DNA from: an uncultured virus (IMG/VR IMGVR_UViG_3300037467_002622)
Lineage: Duplodnaviria; Heunggongvirae; Uroviricota; Caudoviricetes
Virus record (IMG/VR): IMGVR_UViG_3300037467_002622
Length of the DNA stretch: 64,000 nt
Strand: one strand, 5' to 3'
In this document: piece after piece, positions 31,279-43,011 of the stretch
Numbering within the stretch: position 1 is the first letter of the stretch
How the letters are laid out: each line of letters opens with the position of its first letter
Program-made: the position numbers and the translations under genes
The notes under the pieces: generated by a model
Databases searched by the model: none
What the model saw: the letters and a program-made list of their open reading frames with translations, nothing else
Told to the model about the DNA's origin: nothing

Positions 31279-32109
31279 TCCCGGCGGAGAAGCTGATCGA
31301 CCTGGCCGACACGCTCGAAGGCGCCCAGGCCATCGCGCTCAACCAGGCTCACACCGTGGGCAAGGTGCTGGACGTCCTCGCCGAAGTGGCCCTGCGCGCA
31401 CACGAGCCGGTCCACAGCGTGTACGAGCAGGGGCGCCGCGACGGCGAGGTAGAGCTGGTCCGGCGGCTGTTCGAGCTGATCAAGACGGAGCGGGAGAAGC
31501 TGGGATGAGCATCTTCCAGCGCGCCCGCAAGCTGAGCGAGGACATCGAGACCGTCCGCCGGACGCTGCGTGACGAGCACTTCCCCTACGACTCGGGCCTG
31601 CGGGTCTACGAGGCGCTGCACGAGGGCCTGCGCGTGATGGACGTGCAGGCCGACACCTTCCTCAAGTGGGCCGTGCAGTTCCCCAACGACCCGCTCAACG
31701 AGTCGCAGATGGTCCACCTGCGCATGCTCGAACTCACCGTGAAGACGATCAAGGAGACGCTGGGATGACCGACAAGATCAGCCAGGCGCGGCAGAAGCTG
31801 CGTGACTACGCGCGCGAGCAGTGCGGGTTTGTCATCGTCGACATCGACACCGGCGAGACCTCGCACGCGGGGACGGCGCGGCCGCTGGTTCGGGGCGAGG
31901 CCGGAGGCAAGGTCTTCGTGGCCCTCCAGGAGGCGCTCAGGGTCGCCGAAGAGCTGCGCGAGGAGAGCCGGGAGCAGGATCCCAAGGTCGAGATCAACGG
32001 GCGCAAGGTGATCTTTCCGGAGAACGCGTCCTACAAGGACGCTCAGGCCGCTGCCGCCGACCGTATCGAGGCGGCCGTCTTCATGGCCCTAGCCTACTGA
32101 ACCACCCGC

Positions 32110-32140
32110 TTGACTGACCCTACCCAACCGGGTAGGGTCA
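32110..32140 (+). promoter_or_regulatory. Promoter/operator copy 16
   Basis: TTGACT-N17-TAGGGT; TGACCCTACCC-AACC-GGGTAGGGTCA. Confidence 0.9.
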
Positions 32141-32177
32141 ACCTGTATCTACCTGCCCCGCATCGGAGGAGCACACC

Positions 32178-32495
32178 ATGGACAAGAAGCGCATCATCGG
32201 CGGCCTGTTCGCGTTCGGCGCGATCGCCCTGGCTCCGTTCACCATGGCGGGCGCGTGCGACTCGTCCCAGCAGTCCGGCCCGGACCCGCTCCCGGCCAAC
32301 ATCAAGCCGCCCAAGGTCATCGGCGCCTACCAGCTGCCGGACGGCTTCCGCAACGTCGTCGAGTTCTGCAACACGGCGGGCGACTCGCTCGCGGTCACCT
32401 CGCGCGGTTCGGACCTCGCGGGCGGCCAGAACGGCGGCGGCCTGACCTCCACGCTCACGCTGGTCAAGCTCGCCGACCCGCGCTGCCAGCGCTGA
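32178..32495 (+). CDS. putative lipoprotein
   Basis: Basic N-terminus, hydrophobic core, AGA-C lipobox. Confidence 0.7.
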   Translation: MDKKRIIGGLFAFGAIALAPFTMAGACDSSQQSGPDPLPANIKPPKVIGAYQLPDGFRNVVEFCNTAGDSLAVTSRGSDLAGGQNGGGLTSTLTLVKLADPRCQR

Positions 32496-33964
32496 TGGAC
32501 CCGAGCATCCCCGAGTGCCCTGTGTGCGGCACGTGGGTCTGCGCCCAGTGCGGGTGGAAGCGCCTCGGCGCCAGTCTGACCTGGAAGCACACCTGCCACC
32601 GCTGCGGTGGCACTCGGGGCGTGCTCATCCCGGCCCGGCACCGCAACGAGTCGATTCGAGCCGATCACGCTGCGGCGGGGGCTCGGAAGGAGGACGAATG
32701 AACGACCTGACGGCGATCACCAAGCCCGGCGAGATTGTGGTCTGGGGCTACGTCATCCCGGCCGATTTCGTCGGCTCGGAGGTCTTCTCGCCGTGCGAGC
32801 ACGAGACCGAGGCCCGCGAGTGGGTCAAGATGTCCGCCCCCGGCGCGCGCAAGCTCGCCAAGCGCACGCTGAGCGCAGTCGAGCTGGTGGAGGACTGACA
32901 TGACTTTCCACTCCAGCCGCAACGCGGCACAGACCCAACTCGACGCGGCGGCCAAGCCCAGTGCCAACGGTCTCCAGCGCGAGCAGGCGATCGAGCTGGC
33001 CCAGGCACACATCGCCCTGGCCCAGGCCGAGGCGTTCCACGAGCTGGCCACCGGCTTGAGCAACCTGGCCGTGGCGGTCGCGAGGTGGCAGCGGTGACCA
33101 TCGAGCACAGGGTCATCGACGACCACGCCACCTGGATGCGCAAGAACGCGGTCGGCGCGCGCGACCTCGAACTGCCCAAGGTGATGAGCAGCGGCCAGTT
33201 CTTCAACGAGCTGCTCCGGCGCCAGCTGATCAGCGACATGGGCGCTCAGATGGCCGTAGACGCGTTCAAGCGCGGTCTGGCGGTCATCGCCCTCGCGCCC
33301 CCGCAGTATCGCGTCCTGGTCCGCTTGACGCCGCTGCACGAGGGCGTTCCGTACATCGGCCCCGAGCCGGAGTGGGAGACCGAGCTGCCGAAGCGCGAGT
33401 TCGTCAACGAGGCCGACCTGATCGAGGTCAGGCTCACGGCCTACGGCTTCCCCATCGCGAGCCGGGAAGCCTGATGGGCGGCAACCACCGCAAGGCCCAC
33501 TCGCTGAACTGGCTGGTGGTGGCGCTCACCGGGGGCGCCACCCTCTCCCTGGCCACGGTCTTCCTGATCTGGTTCCCGTGGTGGGGTGCGCTGCTGCTGG
33601 CCATGAACGCCACCGTGATCATCTCGCTGGCCGTCCTGCTCGATTACTTCGTGGGCTGGGGCCGCATCTGGAAGGAGCTGACCGGCCGATGACCCGGACC
33701 GAAGCGAACGTGAAGCTGATGGTGCTGAACATCCTGCGCTTCGCCGCACTGGTGGTGCCCTCCCTGCTGGTCAGTGACGGCTTGCTCTGGAGCGCCGAGT
33801 ACTTCCTCGGCGCCACGGTGACCGGCGTGCCGTTCGTGTGCGCCTTCGCCCTCGGCGCGATCACCATGTTCACCATCGGGTTCCGCCTCACCGACTACGT
33901 CTCACGCCGCACCGACGGCATCCGCAAGCGCGCACTGGAAGCGCTCAAGACCGAGGACTGACCC

Positions 33965-34396
33965 ATGCCCATCGCGAACTACACCTCGACCGTGGCGCCG
34001 ACCAAGAGCGTCAACGAGATCACCGACATGCTGATCAAGGCGGGCGCCCGGGGCATCGCCACCGAGTATGACGACGGCCGCCACATCACCGCGCTGACCT
34101 TCGCGCTGATCTTCGACGGCGACCCCTACCACTACACGCTGCCGGTGAACGTCCCCAAGGTCATCGCCACCCTGAAGGCCCAGAAGGTCGACCGCCGGTA
34201 CACCAGCTTCGAGCACGCCGAGCGTGTGGCCTGGCGCATCCTGCGGGACTGGGTGCGCGCGCAGATGGCGATCATCCAGACCGAGATGGTCACCACGCCC
34301 CAGGTCTTCCTGCCGTACATGCGCACGCCCACCGGCGGCACGGTCTACGACAACTGGGAGATCGGCCGTCAGCTGCCCGCCGGAGCGTCGGCATGA
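33965..34396 (+). CDS. conserved hypothetical phage protein
   Basis: NYTSTV..S..EI..ML.K.GA..RVAWRIL.DWV.AQ..VFLPY. Confidence 0.75.
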   Translation: MPIANYTSTVAPTKSVNEITDMLIKAGARGIATEYDDGRHITALTFALIFDGDPYHYTLPVNVPKVIATLKAQKVDRRYTSFEHAERVAWRILRDWVRAQMAIIQTEMVTTPQVFLPYMRTPTGGTVYDNWEIGRQLPAGASA

Positions 34397-35751
34397 TGCG
34401 CCAGCCGTTGCGGTGCAGCGTGTGCCTGTTCCTCGGACCCGAGGAGCGCCCGCACGCCTGGGAGGACATGGCCTTGACCGTGATCAACGGCTACCTGATC
34501 TGCATCGAGCACGCGGTCTTCGCCGGGCCCAACGAGGCCATGACGGCATGGGCCAACAACGAGCTGGCGCACGGCCGCCGCCGGAAGGGCTCGGGACCGG
34601 CATGAGTGGCCTCGACGACGAGCGCTGGCTGAACCTCTCCGCCTACCAGGTGCTGATGGCCAAGGCCAGGCGCGAGGCCGAGGAGCTGATCACCGAAGTG
34701 GCCGACCTGCCGGGCACCAGCCAGATCACGAAGATGGCGGCCGCCACGACCGCGACCCTGGAGCAGCTCGACGCCGCGCTCTTGGCCTACCTGGAGGACA
34801 AGTGACGTTCCAGCCCATCAGCTCGACGGAGCCGATCTACGTGCACGACCAGCGCTCACCCTTCCCGCCGCTGCGCGTGCGCCCGGACATGGACGGCGCG
34901 GCCTACAGCGTCGAGGAGGATGTTCAGGGCGGGCTCGTGGTCATCGAGACCGAGAGCCTGTTGATCATGGGTGTGTTCCGCCGGGACATGCGCGAGTTCG
35001 CCGAGGACATGCGTGACCGGCTGATCATCCGCAAGCTGGCCCAGGAGGCGTCGTGAGCAGCCAGGAGGAGCTGCGCAAGACCGGGCCGCTGGAGAGTGAC
35101 TCGGACAAGGTGCTGAGCGCGCTGTTCGACGTCGAGGATGTCCAGCGTGCCGCCGAGGGCTGGACGGACGCCGACGACATCCGCGCTGCCCTGCGCACGG
35201 CCGTCAGTGCGCTGGACGACCTGCGCCGCGACATCAACACCTGGTTCGAGCGGAACGACTCGTGAGCGCGGCGCCGGACATCTTCCTCGACCCGCCCAGC
35301 TGTGAGTGCGGGATCTGCTGGCGGCTGAACCGCGAGAACGACCCCAAGGCCTGGCCTACCATCGCCCCGCCCCGTACCTGGTCAGAGGGCACGATCAGGG
35401 TGGCCGTGCCATGCGTGGTGAAGCTCCCGGTCGGCTTCTTCCCCCGCGTCGAGGTCGAGAGCGAATGCGAATTCTTCGGCCATACGCTGAACGAGGCTCG
35501 CGCGGCCGCCAGGCTGCACTTGCGCAAGCCGAAGAACTGCCGCGTGGCCCGCGAGCACTACACGAAACTGCTGCTGCCGGACGGCACGGTCGAGCGGTTC
35601 CTGTAGATCTCACGCAGAGTAGTAATCGATCTTCGGGGGCGCTTCCTACCCCTGGAGCGAACTGGACAACTTCCCCAGGTCAGGGCCTAAGTGACGTTCT
35701 GTAGTCACGAGACGTTTTACCCTGGGAAAGTGGAGATTCTCTGGTCAGAAC

Positions 35752-35770
35752 CTACCTAATCGGGTAGTCT
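35752..35770 (+). promoter_or_regulatory. Operator copy 17
   Basis: CTACCTAATCGGGTAG with -10 TAGTCT; weak -35. Confidence 0.75.
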
Positions 35771-35809
35771 GATCGGGGTAACCCGCACCGGAGGGAATGG
35801 AGGCCCAAT

Positions 35810-36619
35810 TTGAGCAACCTGAAGACCAAGAAGATGCCCGTCACGCCCCAGCTGGCGAAGCAGTGGCTGGCCACGAACACCGACAACCGCAAGCCTTCGC
35901 CCGCGTGGATCGGCAAGCTCGCCCGCGACATGCGCAACGGCCAGTTCCCCAATGTCGGTGAGACGATCAAGTTCGACACCGAGGGCCACCTGATCGACGG
36001 CCAGCACCGGCTGATGGCCGTGGTCGAGTCCGGCAAGACGATCGAGTTCCTGATCGTCGAGGGCATCGCCCGCGAGGACCGGTTCAAGATGGACAAGAAC
36101 CGGCGCCGGTCCGCGTCCGACGAGCTGACCATGGGCCACGGCATCCCGTCGGCGAAGTCGGCCCAGGCCGTCACCCGGCTCGTGCTGCTCTGGGAGGTCG
36201 AGGAGATCCGGGGCGAGGTCTACAAACCCACCGACGCCGAGATCGTCGACTACGTCGTGGCCAACCGCGACCAGATCGGCCAGGCCGTGCGCTACGGCAT
36301 GGGCCTGCGGAACGAGATCGGCGCGCTCCCGGCCGCGTTCGGCGCGCTCTACTTCCTGACCTTCCGGATCGACGCGGCCACGGCCCTGGAGTTCTGGGAG
36401 GGCGTGCGCGGCGGCGAGGGCCTGCACGCTGGTGACCCCGAGCTGGCGCTGCGGGCGCTGATCATCCGGCAGGCGCAAAAGGGCGGCGAGAAGCCGGTGA
36501 AGCCGTTCCTGGCGGCCGGGGCCAAGGCCTGGAACGCCAAGCGCGAGGGCAAGAAGATGAAGGCGCTCGCGCTCAAGGGCCTGACCGAGCTGACCGACGA
36601 GCACTTCAAGCTGGCGTGA
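35810..36619 (+). CDS. ParB/Srx-like N-terminal domain protein
   Basis: VTP.LA..WL..N..NR..LARDM..G..IKFD..G.LIDGQHRL.AVV. Confidence 0.8.
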   Translation: MSNLKTKKMPVTPQLAKQWLATNTDNRKPSPAWIGKLARDMRNGQFPNVGETIKFDTEGHLIDGQHRLMAVVESGKTIEFLIVEGIAREDRFKMDKNRRRSASDELTMGHGIPSAKSAQAVTRLVLLWEVEEIRGEVYKPTDAEIVDYVVANRDQIGQAVRYGMGLRNEIGALPAAFGALYFLTFRIDAATALEFWEGVRGGEGLHAGDPELALRALIIRQAQKGGEKPVKPFLAAGAKAWNAKREGKKMKALALKGLTELTDEHFKLA

Positions 36620-37028
36620 TGGACGAGGACGAGGAGATCCAGCGCGAGAGCTGGCGGGTGTTCGACCGTGCCGCGCGAGCCGTCAACCGGGTCGATGACG
36701 ACGCGCCCACCGGCCCGCTCACGCCCGGCCAGGTGAAGTGCATCAGCTGCCAGGAGAACGAGCGCTCGCGCGCGGCCGACAGCCCGGTGGACGGCCTGTG
36801 CCACTTCTGCCGGGAGAGCGGGGACGCGCGGCACGGGCACCAGTTCCACTTCCAGGTGTGCGTGCAGGGCGCCTATCGCGGCACCGACGGGCTCTACCAC
36901 GACAGCGCCGAGCCGGTGGAGTACCACCCGTTCACCCTGACTGTGCGGGCGTGGGACCTGGCCGCTGCCTGCCGCCGGGCCGCTGAGACGCCGCTGGCCG
37001 AGTGGACGCAGGGCGGAGAGGAGCTGGG

Positions 37029-37244
37029 ATGACCGAGCGCTACGGCTACATCAGCATCTCGGTGAAGAGGGACGCGCAGGCCGACCTCACGAAGTGGCAG
37101 CTGCTGGTCCAGCATCGCCTCGGCCGCCGGGTGAACGCCTCGGATGCGCTGCGGATGGCCATCGCCACGGCGACCGGCTTCGTGGACGACAACAGCTGGG
37201 CCGGAGCGGACGCGATCACCGACCCGACGGGAGGCGGATCGTGA
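37029..37244 (+). CDS. putative ribbon-helix-helix protein
   Basis: YISISVKRDAQADL..RRVNASDALRMAI. Confidence 0.5.
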   Translation: MTERYGYISISVKRDAQADLTKWQLLVQHRLGRRVNASDALRMAIATATGFVDDNSWAGADAITDPTGGGS

Positions 37245-38734
37245 GCGGACCCTGGAAGCCCGGCATGTTCTACGACGTCGGCGGCGCGGCCGCGCTGTTC
37301 TGGCCGGACCAGCACCCCGAGCACCCGGACCCCGAGCTGGCGCAGCGCTGGCTCGTGTTCGACCCGTGGGGCGGCCTGGACATCATCATCGGCCGCCTGC
37401 CCCGCGAGGACTTCATGGGCCCCGAGATGGGCCTGGCACCGTTTCTGACACCGACCACCACACCGAAGGAGAAGATCATGGCCATCACCCTGACCGACCA
37501 GTGGGCCGCGTTCCTCAATCCGGATGCGTGCCCGTCCCGGCTGGCCCCCTTCGCGGGCACGCGCGTGCTCGAAGAGCGCGCCGAGGAGGAGGGTGTCACG
37601 ACGCTGGTCGTGGAGCTGTCCCCCGGCCTGACCTACGACAGCGTCGCCCACCTCGGGAAGCCCCTGGCCAGCCTCTTCGACCTGGCCCTCGACGCCGTCG
37701 ACCTGGCGCCGGTTCAGGCACGGGCGCGCCGCATCGAGGTCACCCTCGACGAGAACAAGGAGGACTGATCATGCGGTTCGTGAAGCTGACCGAGGAGAAC
37801 GAGTGGGAGGGCGAGACCTGGCGCTTCTGGCTTCAGGTCGACGGCAACGAGGACGAGCTGGTGCGCCTGCGCGGCGCCCTGGACGCCGTGGCCCAGATCT
37901 ACGACGGTGGCGAGCCCGGCAGCCCTTTCACCCTCGACGTGCTCAGCAACGCCAAGGACGAGTCCTACGTGGACGTCCTGATCGAGCAGGCCGACGAGGA
38001 CGACGACGGCTACATGGCCGCCGACCACAAGGTCACCGGCACGCTGACGGTGCCGGACTGGCCCGCGCCCGCCGACTTCGGCTCGAAGATCGAGCAGGAC
38101 CTGTACAAGGGCGGCATCACCAAGCTGTTCCGCGAGACGGCGGACGCGTGAGCACGAGCGTCTACGACGGGGACGCCGCCAAGCTGCGGGTGCTGGCCGA
38201 CTGGTTCGACGAGCAGGACCGCAAGCCCGGCGCGCGTGTCACCGGCGACGAGGTGCAGCAGGACCTGCGCCGGATCGCCGACTACCTGTCCCGAGGTCGG
38301 GTCATCGGCCGCAAGAGCTACGCGCGGCTGATCGAGGACCAGGACAAGCTCAACGCCCTGGAGCAGGCGGGCGTGGACAACTGGGACGGCTACTCGCACG
38401 CCATCCAGATCCTCAACGGCACCGAGGAGAACTGGTGAGCGCCGAGGTCGTCCGCGTCGTGCTGCGCGACCGCCCGCCACAACGCTCGATCAAGTGGACC
38501 TACCGGTACGTGCACCCGCTCGACGAGTGCGCGAACGGCGGCATGTCCTGGGAGATCACGGTCCAGGAGTTCGCTCCGGGCCTGATCTCGTTCCAGCACC
38601 CGCGCTGCTCTTGGTGTGGGATCGAGCCGGTCGTGGACGACTTCCGCAAGGAACCGGACGACGACTTCGTCCCCTGGCGTACGGTCCGGCTCAGCCCGGA
38701 AGACTGACCCTCTACCCCGACAAGAAGGAACCCG

Positions 38735-39529
38735 ATGAAGAAGATCATTCTGGGGCTGACGCTGGCGCTGACCGGTCTCGTCGTCGCCCTCGCTCCGGCC
38801 CACGCGACCACGCTCCCGGCGGCGTGCAACACGGGCTGGTACGTCAACCCCGACGAGACCGCGCTGAAGCCGGTGCAGCAGCAGACCGGCTTCCTGTTCG
38901 ACGGCCCCTCGCTGATCCACCACGCGACCACCGGCGCGCTGTCCCACGCGGCCACCGACGGCTCGTTCGTCGCGACGGTGAGGACCGGCGTCGCGCCGTT
39001 GTTCAAGTTCGAGACGAGCAAGCCGTACTCGACGATCAACAAGACCTCGGCCGGGCTCTACTGGTCCTCGAAGATCGCGTCCGGCGACGGCTCCCAGGCC
39101 GCGCCGGTCTCGCTGACCAAGCTGGCCACGCTGGCGCCCTACACCGCCGAGACGGTGCTGATCAGCTTCGGCGTGGGCTACGCGAACGACACGGGCAACT
39201 CCGCGCTGGTGGTCTCGGTGACCTACGCCGGGCACGTCTACCTGCTCGGGTGCAAGCCGTCGGTGCCGCCGACGACCACCACGACGGCCCCGCCCACCAC
39301 CACGAAGACCACCGCCCCGCCGACGAGCACGAGTTCGGCGATCGTCCTGCCGCCGTCCAGCGCGCCCAGCGTGACCGCTCCGCCGGTCACCTACGTGTCG
39401 GCGAACCGGGCGGCTCTCGCGTCCACCGGCGCGAGCATCGAGCCCGGCTGGCTGGTGCTCGGAGCCGTGGTCCTGCTGGCCGCCGGTGGCACCGCGCTGC
39501 TGTTCGTGCGGCGGAAGTCGCGCAGCTGA
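38735..39529 (+). CDS. secreted, sortase-anchored cell-surface protein
   Basis: Signal peptide (APAHA), Pro/Thr-rich stalk, LASTG + TM + RRKSRS tail. Confidence 0.85.
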   Translation: MKKIILGLTLALTGLVVALAPAHATTLPAACNTGWYVNPDETALKPVQQQTGFLFDGPSLIHHATTGALSHAATDGSFVATVRTGVAPLFKFETSKPYSTINKTSAGLYWSSKIASGDGSQAAPVSLTKLATLAPYTAETVLISFGVGYANDTGNSALVVSVTYAGHVYLLGCKPSVPPTTTTTAPPTTTKTTAPPTSTSSAIVLPPSSAPSVTAPPVTYVSANRAALASTGASIEPGWLVLGAVVLLAAGGTALLFVRRKSRS

Positions 39530-39650
39530 CCTGAGAAGTGCCCACAGGCCCCGCCTGGCTTCGGCCGGACGGGGCCTGTGTCATGACGGCAAAAGTACCC
39601 TCATCCACCGGCGTAAGGCCTTTGTGACCTGTGATCATCCGGTTGGCCTC

Positions 39651-39679
39651 TTGAACCACCCCACCCGAACGGGTAGCGT
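39651..39679 (+). promoter_or_regulatory. Promoter/operator copy 18
   Basis: TTGAAC-N17-TAGCGT; CCACCCGAACGGGTAG (1 mismatch). Confidence 0.75.
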
Positions 39680-40011
39680 CCTGCTCATCCATCTGCACGT
39701 GCAGGACCACACCGGAGGTCAGGATGAGCGAGCAACGCGAGATCGCGTGGACGCCCGAGCGTCAGGAGACGCTTCAAGCCGCGCTGGACGGCGAGCTGCA
39801 CTGGTTCAACCCGGGCGGCCTCGGCGGCAGCTACATCCAGCGCGAGGTCTTCGTGCGCAAGCCGCAGGACCGTCATCCCCCGTTGCTGCTGCTGGCGGCC
39901 AAGGCGATCGTGCACGGCGAGTACATCATGATCGGCAACCAGGGCCGCCGCCGTCTGCGTGTCACCTCGAAGGGCGCCGACCTGCTGGCGAAGTGGCGCG
40001 CCCGGCGCGGG

Positions 40012-40040
40012 TAGACAGCCACTACCCGAACGGGTAGTAT
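40012..40040 (+). promoter_or_regulatory. Promoter/operator copy 19
   Basis: TAGACA-N17-TAGTAT; ACTACCCGAACGGGTAGT. Confidence 0.85.
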
Positions 40041-41383
40041 CGTGGGGAACGCACCCAAGCCGCACTGGAGGCCGCGATGCCCACGAACACCTGGACGTAC
40101 ACGCTCGACCTGAGCGACTTCTACGGTGACGAGAACCTGCTGCTGGCGAACAAGGCTGGCCGCATCGCCTCGCGGATCGAGGGCAGCCGCTTCTTCACGG
40201 AGGAGTGGACCTCGCAGATCGACGACGTGGTCAACGACCTCCGGGACTTCTCCGACGGCGGCACCTCGCTCGCGGAGTTCGACGACATCATGCGCGAGCT
40301 GTACAGCTACGCCGACATGTTCCGCGTGTGGGTCAAGACCCGGAAGGGGATGTAGGCCATGAGCTTCCACATCGGCCGCAGCTGGGCCGGTCACCCGCTC
40401 GAAGACGAGTGCCCCTGCCCGAAGGCGCCGTGCGGCCTGGTCGACGTCGACCGCACCGACCCGGCGTGCGAGCACCACCCGCCCGAGCGCTGCAAGACCG
40501 TCCGCCAGAGCCACCCCGCGAGTGAGTGCCCCGACGTCAAGCCCTGCGAGTGCCACACCTTCGGCCAGTGCCTGACCTCGACCGGCTGCGACGAGTGCCG
40601 CGTCTACGGCGACGAGTCCTGCGGCCTGCCGGTCGACCCCGACGAGGAGAGCTGATCATGCGCGTCTTCAGCTACCGCGACAACGAGCGCGGCACCATCG
40701 TGCACATTCGCACCAGCGACGACCTCGACGGCACGGCGAGCATCGAGGTGATCCGCCCCGAGGGCCAGCCGGACGGCAGTGTCAGCGACGTCTCCGACGG
40801 CATCACCCAGGTGCCGGTCAGCATCCTGCTGCACTTCGCCAAGGACGTGGAGATCGTCCGATGACCACGGCCAAGGTCGAGTACCCGCGAGTGGAGCCCA
40901 ATCCGCTCGCGGGGCTCACCTGCAAGTACTGCACCTCGCCGGACATCTGGGTCGAGCTGCGGCCGCGCATCACCGCGCGCCCGCTGGCCACCTGGTCGCT
41001 GGCGGGCGCGCAGCTGAAGACCTCGGCGATCGAGACCACCTGGCCGTGGGCCGTCTGCGGCGGCTGCGGCCACGAGAGCGAAGGGAAGCCGTGAAGCACC
41101 GACGAGAGGAAGAACCGATGGACAGCACCACCGAGGCGCTGATCGAGGACATGCGCGTGCGTGGCTGGGCGCGGCCGACGATCGAGATGATCGACGAGGC
41201 CGTGACTCTGCTCGGCGGCGGCGGTCCCGAACAGGACCAGAGCCGCGAGCTGCTGGCGCGCCTGGTCAAGGCCGCCGAGTACTGGGAGGCCGCCCAGCGC
41301 AAGGCCTTCGAGGACTACCTGGAGGTCAAGAAGGCCGGGTGGCCGGACGAGTTCCCGTCATCGAGCGCACCGGAGGGAGCGTG

Positions 41384-42202
41384 ATGCGCGACCCGAGCGC
41401 CGTGGTGCTCGCGGGCGACTGGCACGGCAACGACGGCTGGGCGCGCTGGGTCATCGGCAAGGTGGGCCAGATGCTCAAGCGCGAGGACCGAAAGATCATC
41501 CTGCACGCGGGCGACTTTGGCGTGTGGCCAGGCGCGGCGGGCCGGAAGTTCCTCGACGAGGTCGCGCTGGCGCTGCACCTGGCCGACGTCGAGCTGTGGT
41601 TCGTGGACGGCAACCACGAGTGGCACCCCGAGCTGATCGCCCTGGGCAAGGAGTGGCAGCAGCGGGGCAACACCGGCCTGGTCCCGATCGACCGCGACGA
41701 CGACACGGCGCGGATCTTCTGGATCCCGCGCGGCTGGCGCTGGAAGTGGCACGGCAAGACCTGGATGGCCCTGGGTGGCGCGGTGTCGGTCGACGCGGCC
41801 GTGCGCACCAAGGGCAAGAGCTGGTGGCCCGAGGAGACGTTCACCGGCGAGCAGCTCAAGTACGCCACGCGGCCGGGCAAGGTCGACGTGATGCTGACCC
41901 ACGACGCCCCGAGCGCGGTGCGGATGAACTTCGGCCAGCCGCCGAGCATCTGGGACGCGGCCGACCTCGCGCGGGCCGACGCGCACCGTGAGCAGCTCCA
42001 GGACGTCGTGGACAAGATCCAGCCCGAGGTGCTGATCCACGGCCACTACCACCGGGACATCCGGCAGACCATCGAGCCGTACGGCACCCGCGTGCTGGGG
42101 CTGGACATGGACGGCGAGCCGGGCAACTTCACCCTCTTCGACTGCCTCGACCTGTTCGAGGTCCGGCCGAAGTACCTGTGGGAAGAGGAGCTGGGCACGT
42201 GA
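41384..42202 (+). CDS. calcineurin-like metallophosphoesterase
   Basis: GDWHG, GDFG, DGNHE, THDAP, HGHYH. Confidence 0.95.
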   Translation: MRDPSAVVLAGDWHGNDGWARWVIGKVGQMLKREDRKIILHAGDFGVWPGAAGRKFLDEVALALHLADVELWFVDGNHEWHPELIALGKEWQQRGNTGLVPIDRDDDTARIFWIPRGWRWKWHGKTWMALGGAVSVDAAVRTKGKSWWPEETFTGEQLKYATRPGKVDVMLTHDAPSAVRMNFGQPPSIWDAADLARADAHREQLQDVVDKIQPEVLIHGHYHRDIRQTIEPYGTRVLGLDMDGEPGNFTLFDCLDLFEVRPKYLWEEELGT

Positions 42203-42982
42203 GCACCCGGGGTCACCTGGTCAAGATCGACGAGAAGTTCCACTCGGTGTCCCCCGCCGTCGCCGCAGAGATCTCCCGGCTGCGGAAGGAGCTGCACGAG
42301 GCTCAGGTGATCACCGGCCTGGTGCTGGCGCCGGACCAGCAGTACTACGCGGGCACGCCGGTGCACCAGTTCATGCGTGAAATGGACCAGCTGCGCGACT
42401 TCCGCGAGCGCGTGGAGAAGGTGCTGGCCGACAACATCGAGTACTACGAGTGGTCCGACGCCATCGAGCGCGTGGACCGCATCCGCAAGCTGCTCGTGCC
42501 GCTGCTGGCCGAGCTGAAGAGCAACCAGGAGCGATCATGACCGAGCCGATGAAGCGGGGCGCGCTGGCGCGCACCATCCAAGGCACCACCGACCTGTGTC
42601 CGCCCCTGGCCGGGCTCAGCCGCCGGTACCCGCCCGGGTTCGAGTTCGAGGTCGAGGACTACGTCCCGGACGGCGAGGTCAACGGCGAGCCCACCGTCTT
42701 CTACTGGGGCAACGCCAACGGCGGCATGAGCAACGTCTGCGTGCTGGCCGCCGATGTCGAGCAGGTCAAGAGCGCCGAGGAGATGGCCGCTCGGCAGCTG
42801 CCCGACGCCGTCGAGCTGCTCCAGTTCATCGGCGCCGCGCTGCTCACCGACCGCGACGGCTTCTCGGTGGACGAGACGGACATCACCGGCAAGGTGCTGG
42901 AGGGCTACGGCACCACCGAGGACGGGCTGACATTCGGCTTCTCCATCCCGATCACCGAGGTCAGCATCTGGCGGACCGACGA

Positions 42983-43011
42983 TTGACCTACCCTACCCAA
43001 ACGGGTAGTCT
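42983..43011 (+). promoter_or_regulatory. Promoter/operator copy 20
   Basis: TTGACC-N17-TAGTCT; CTACCCAAACGGGTAG. Confidence 0.85.
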
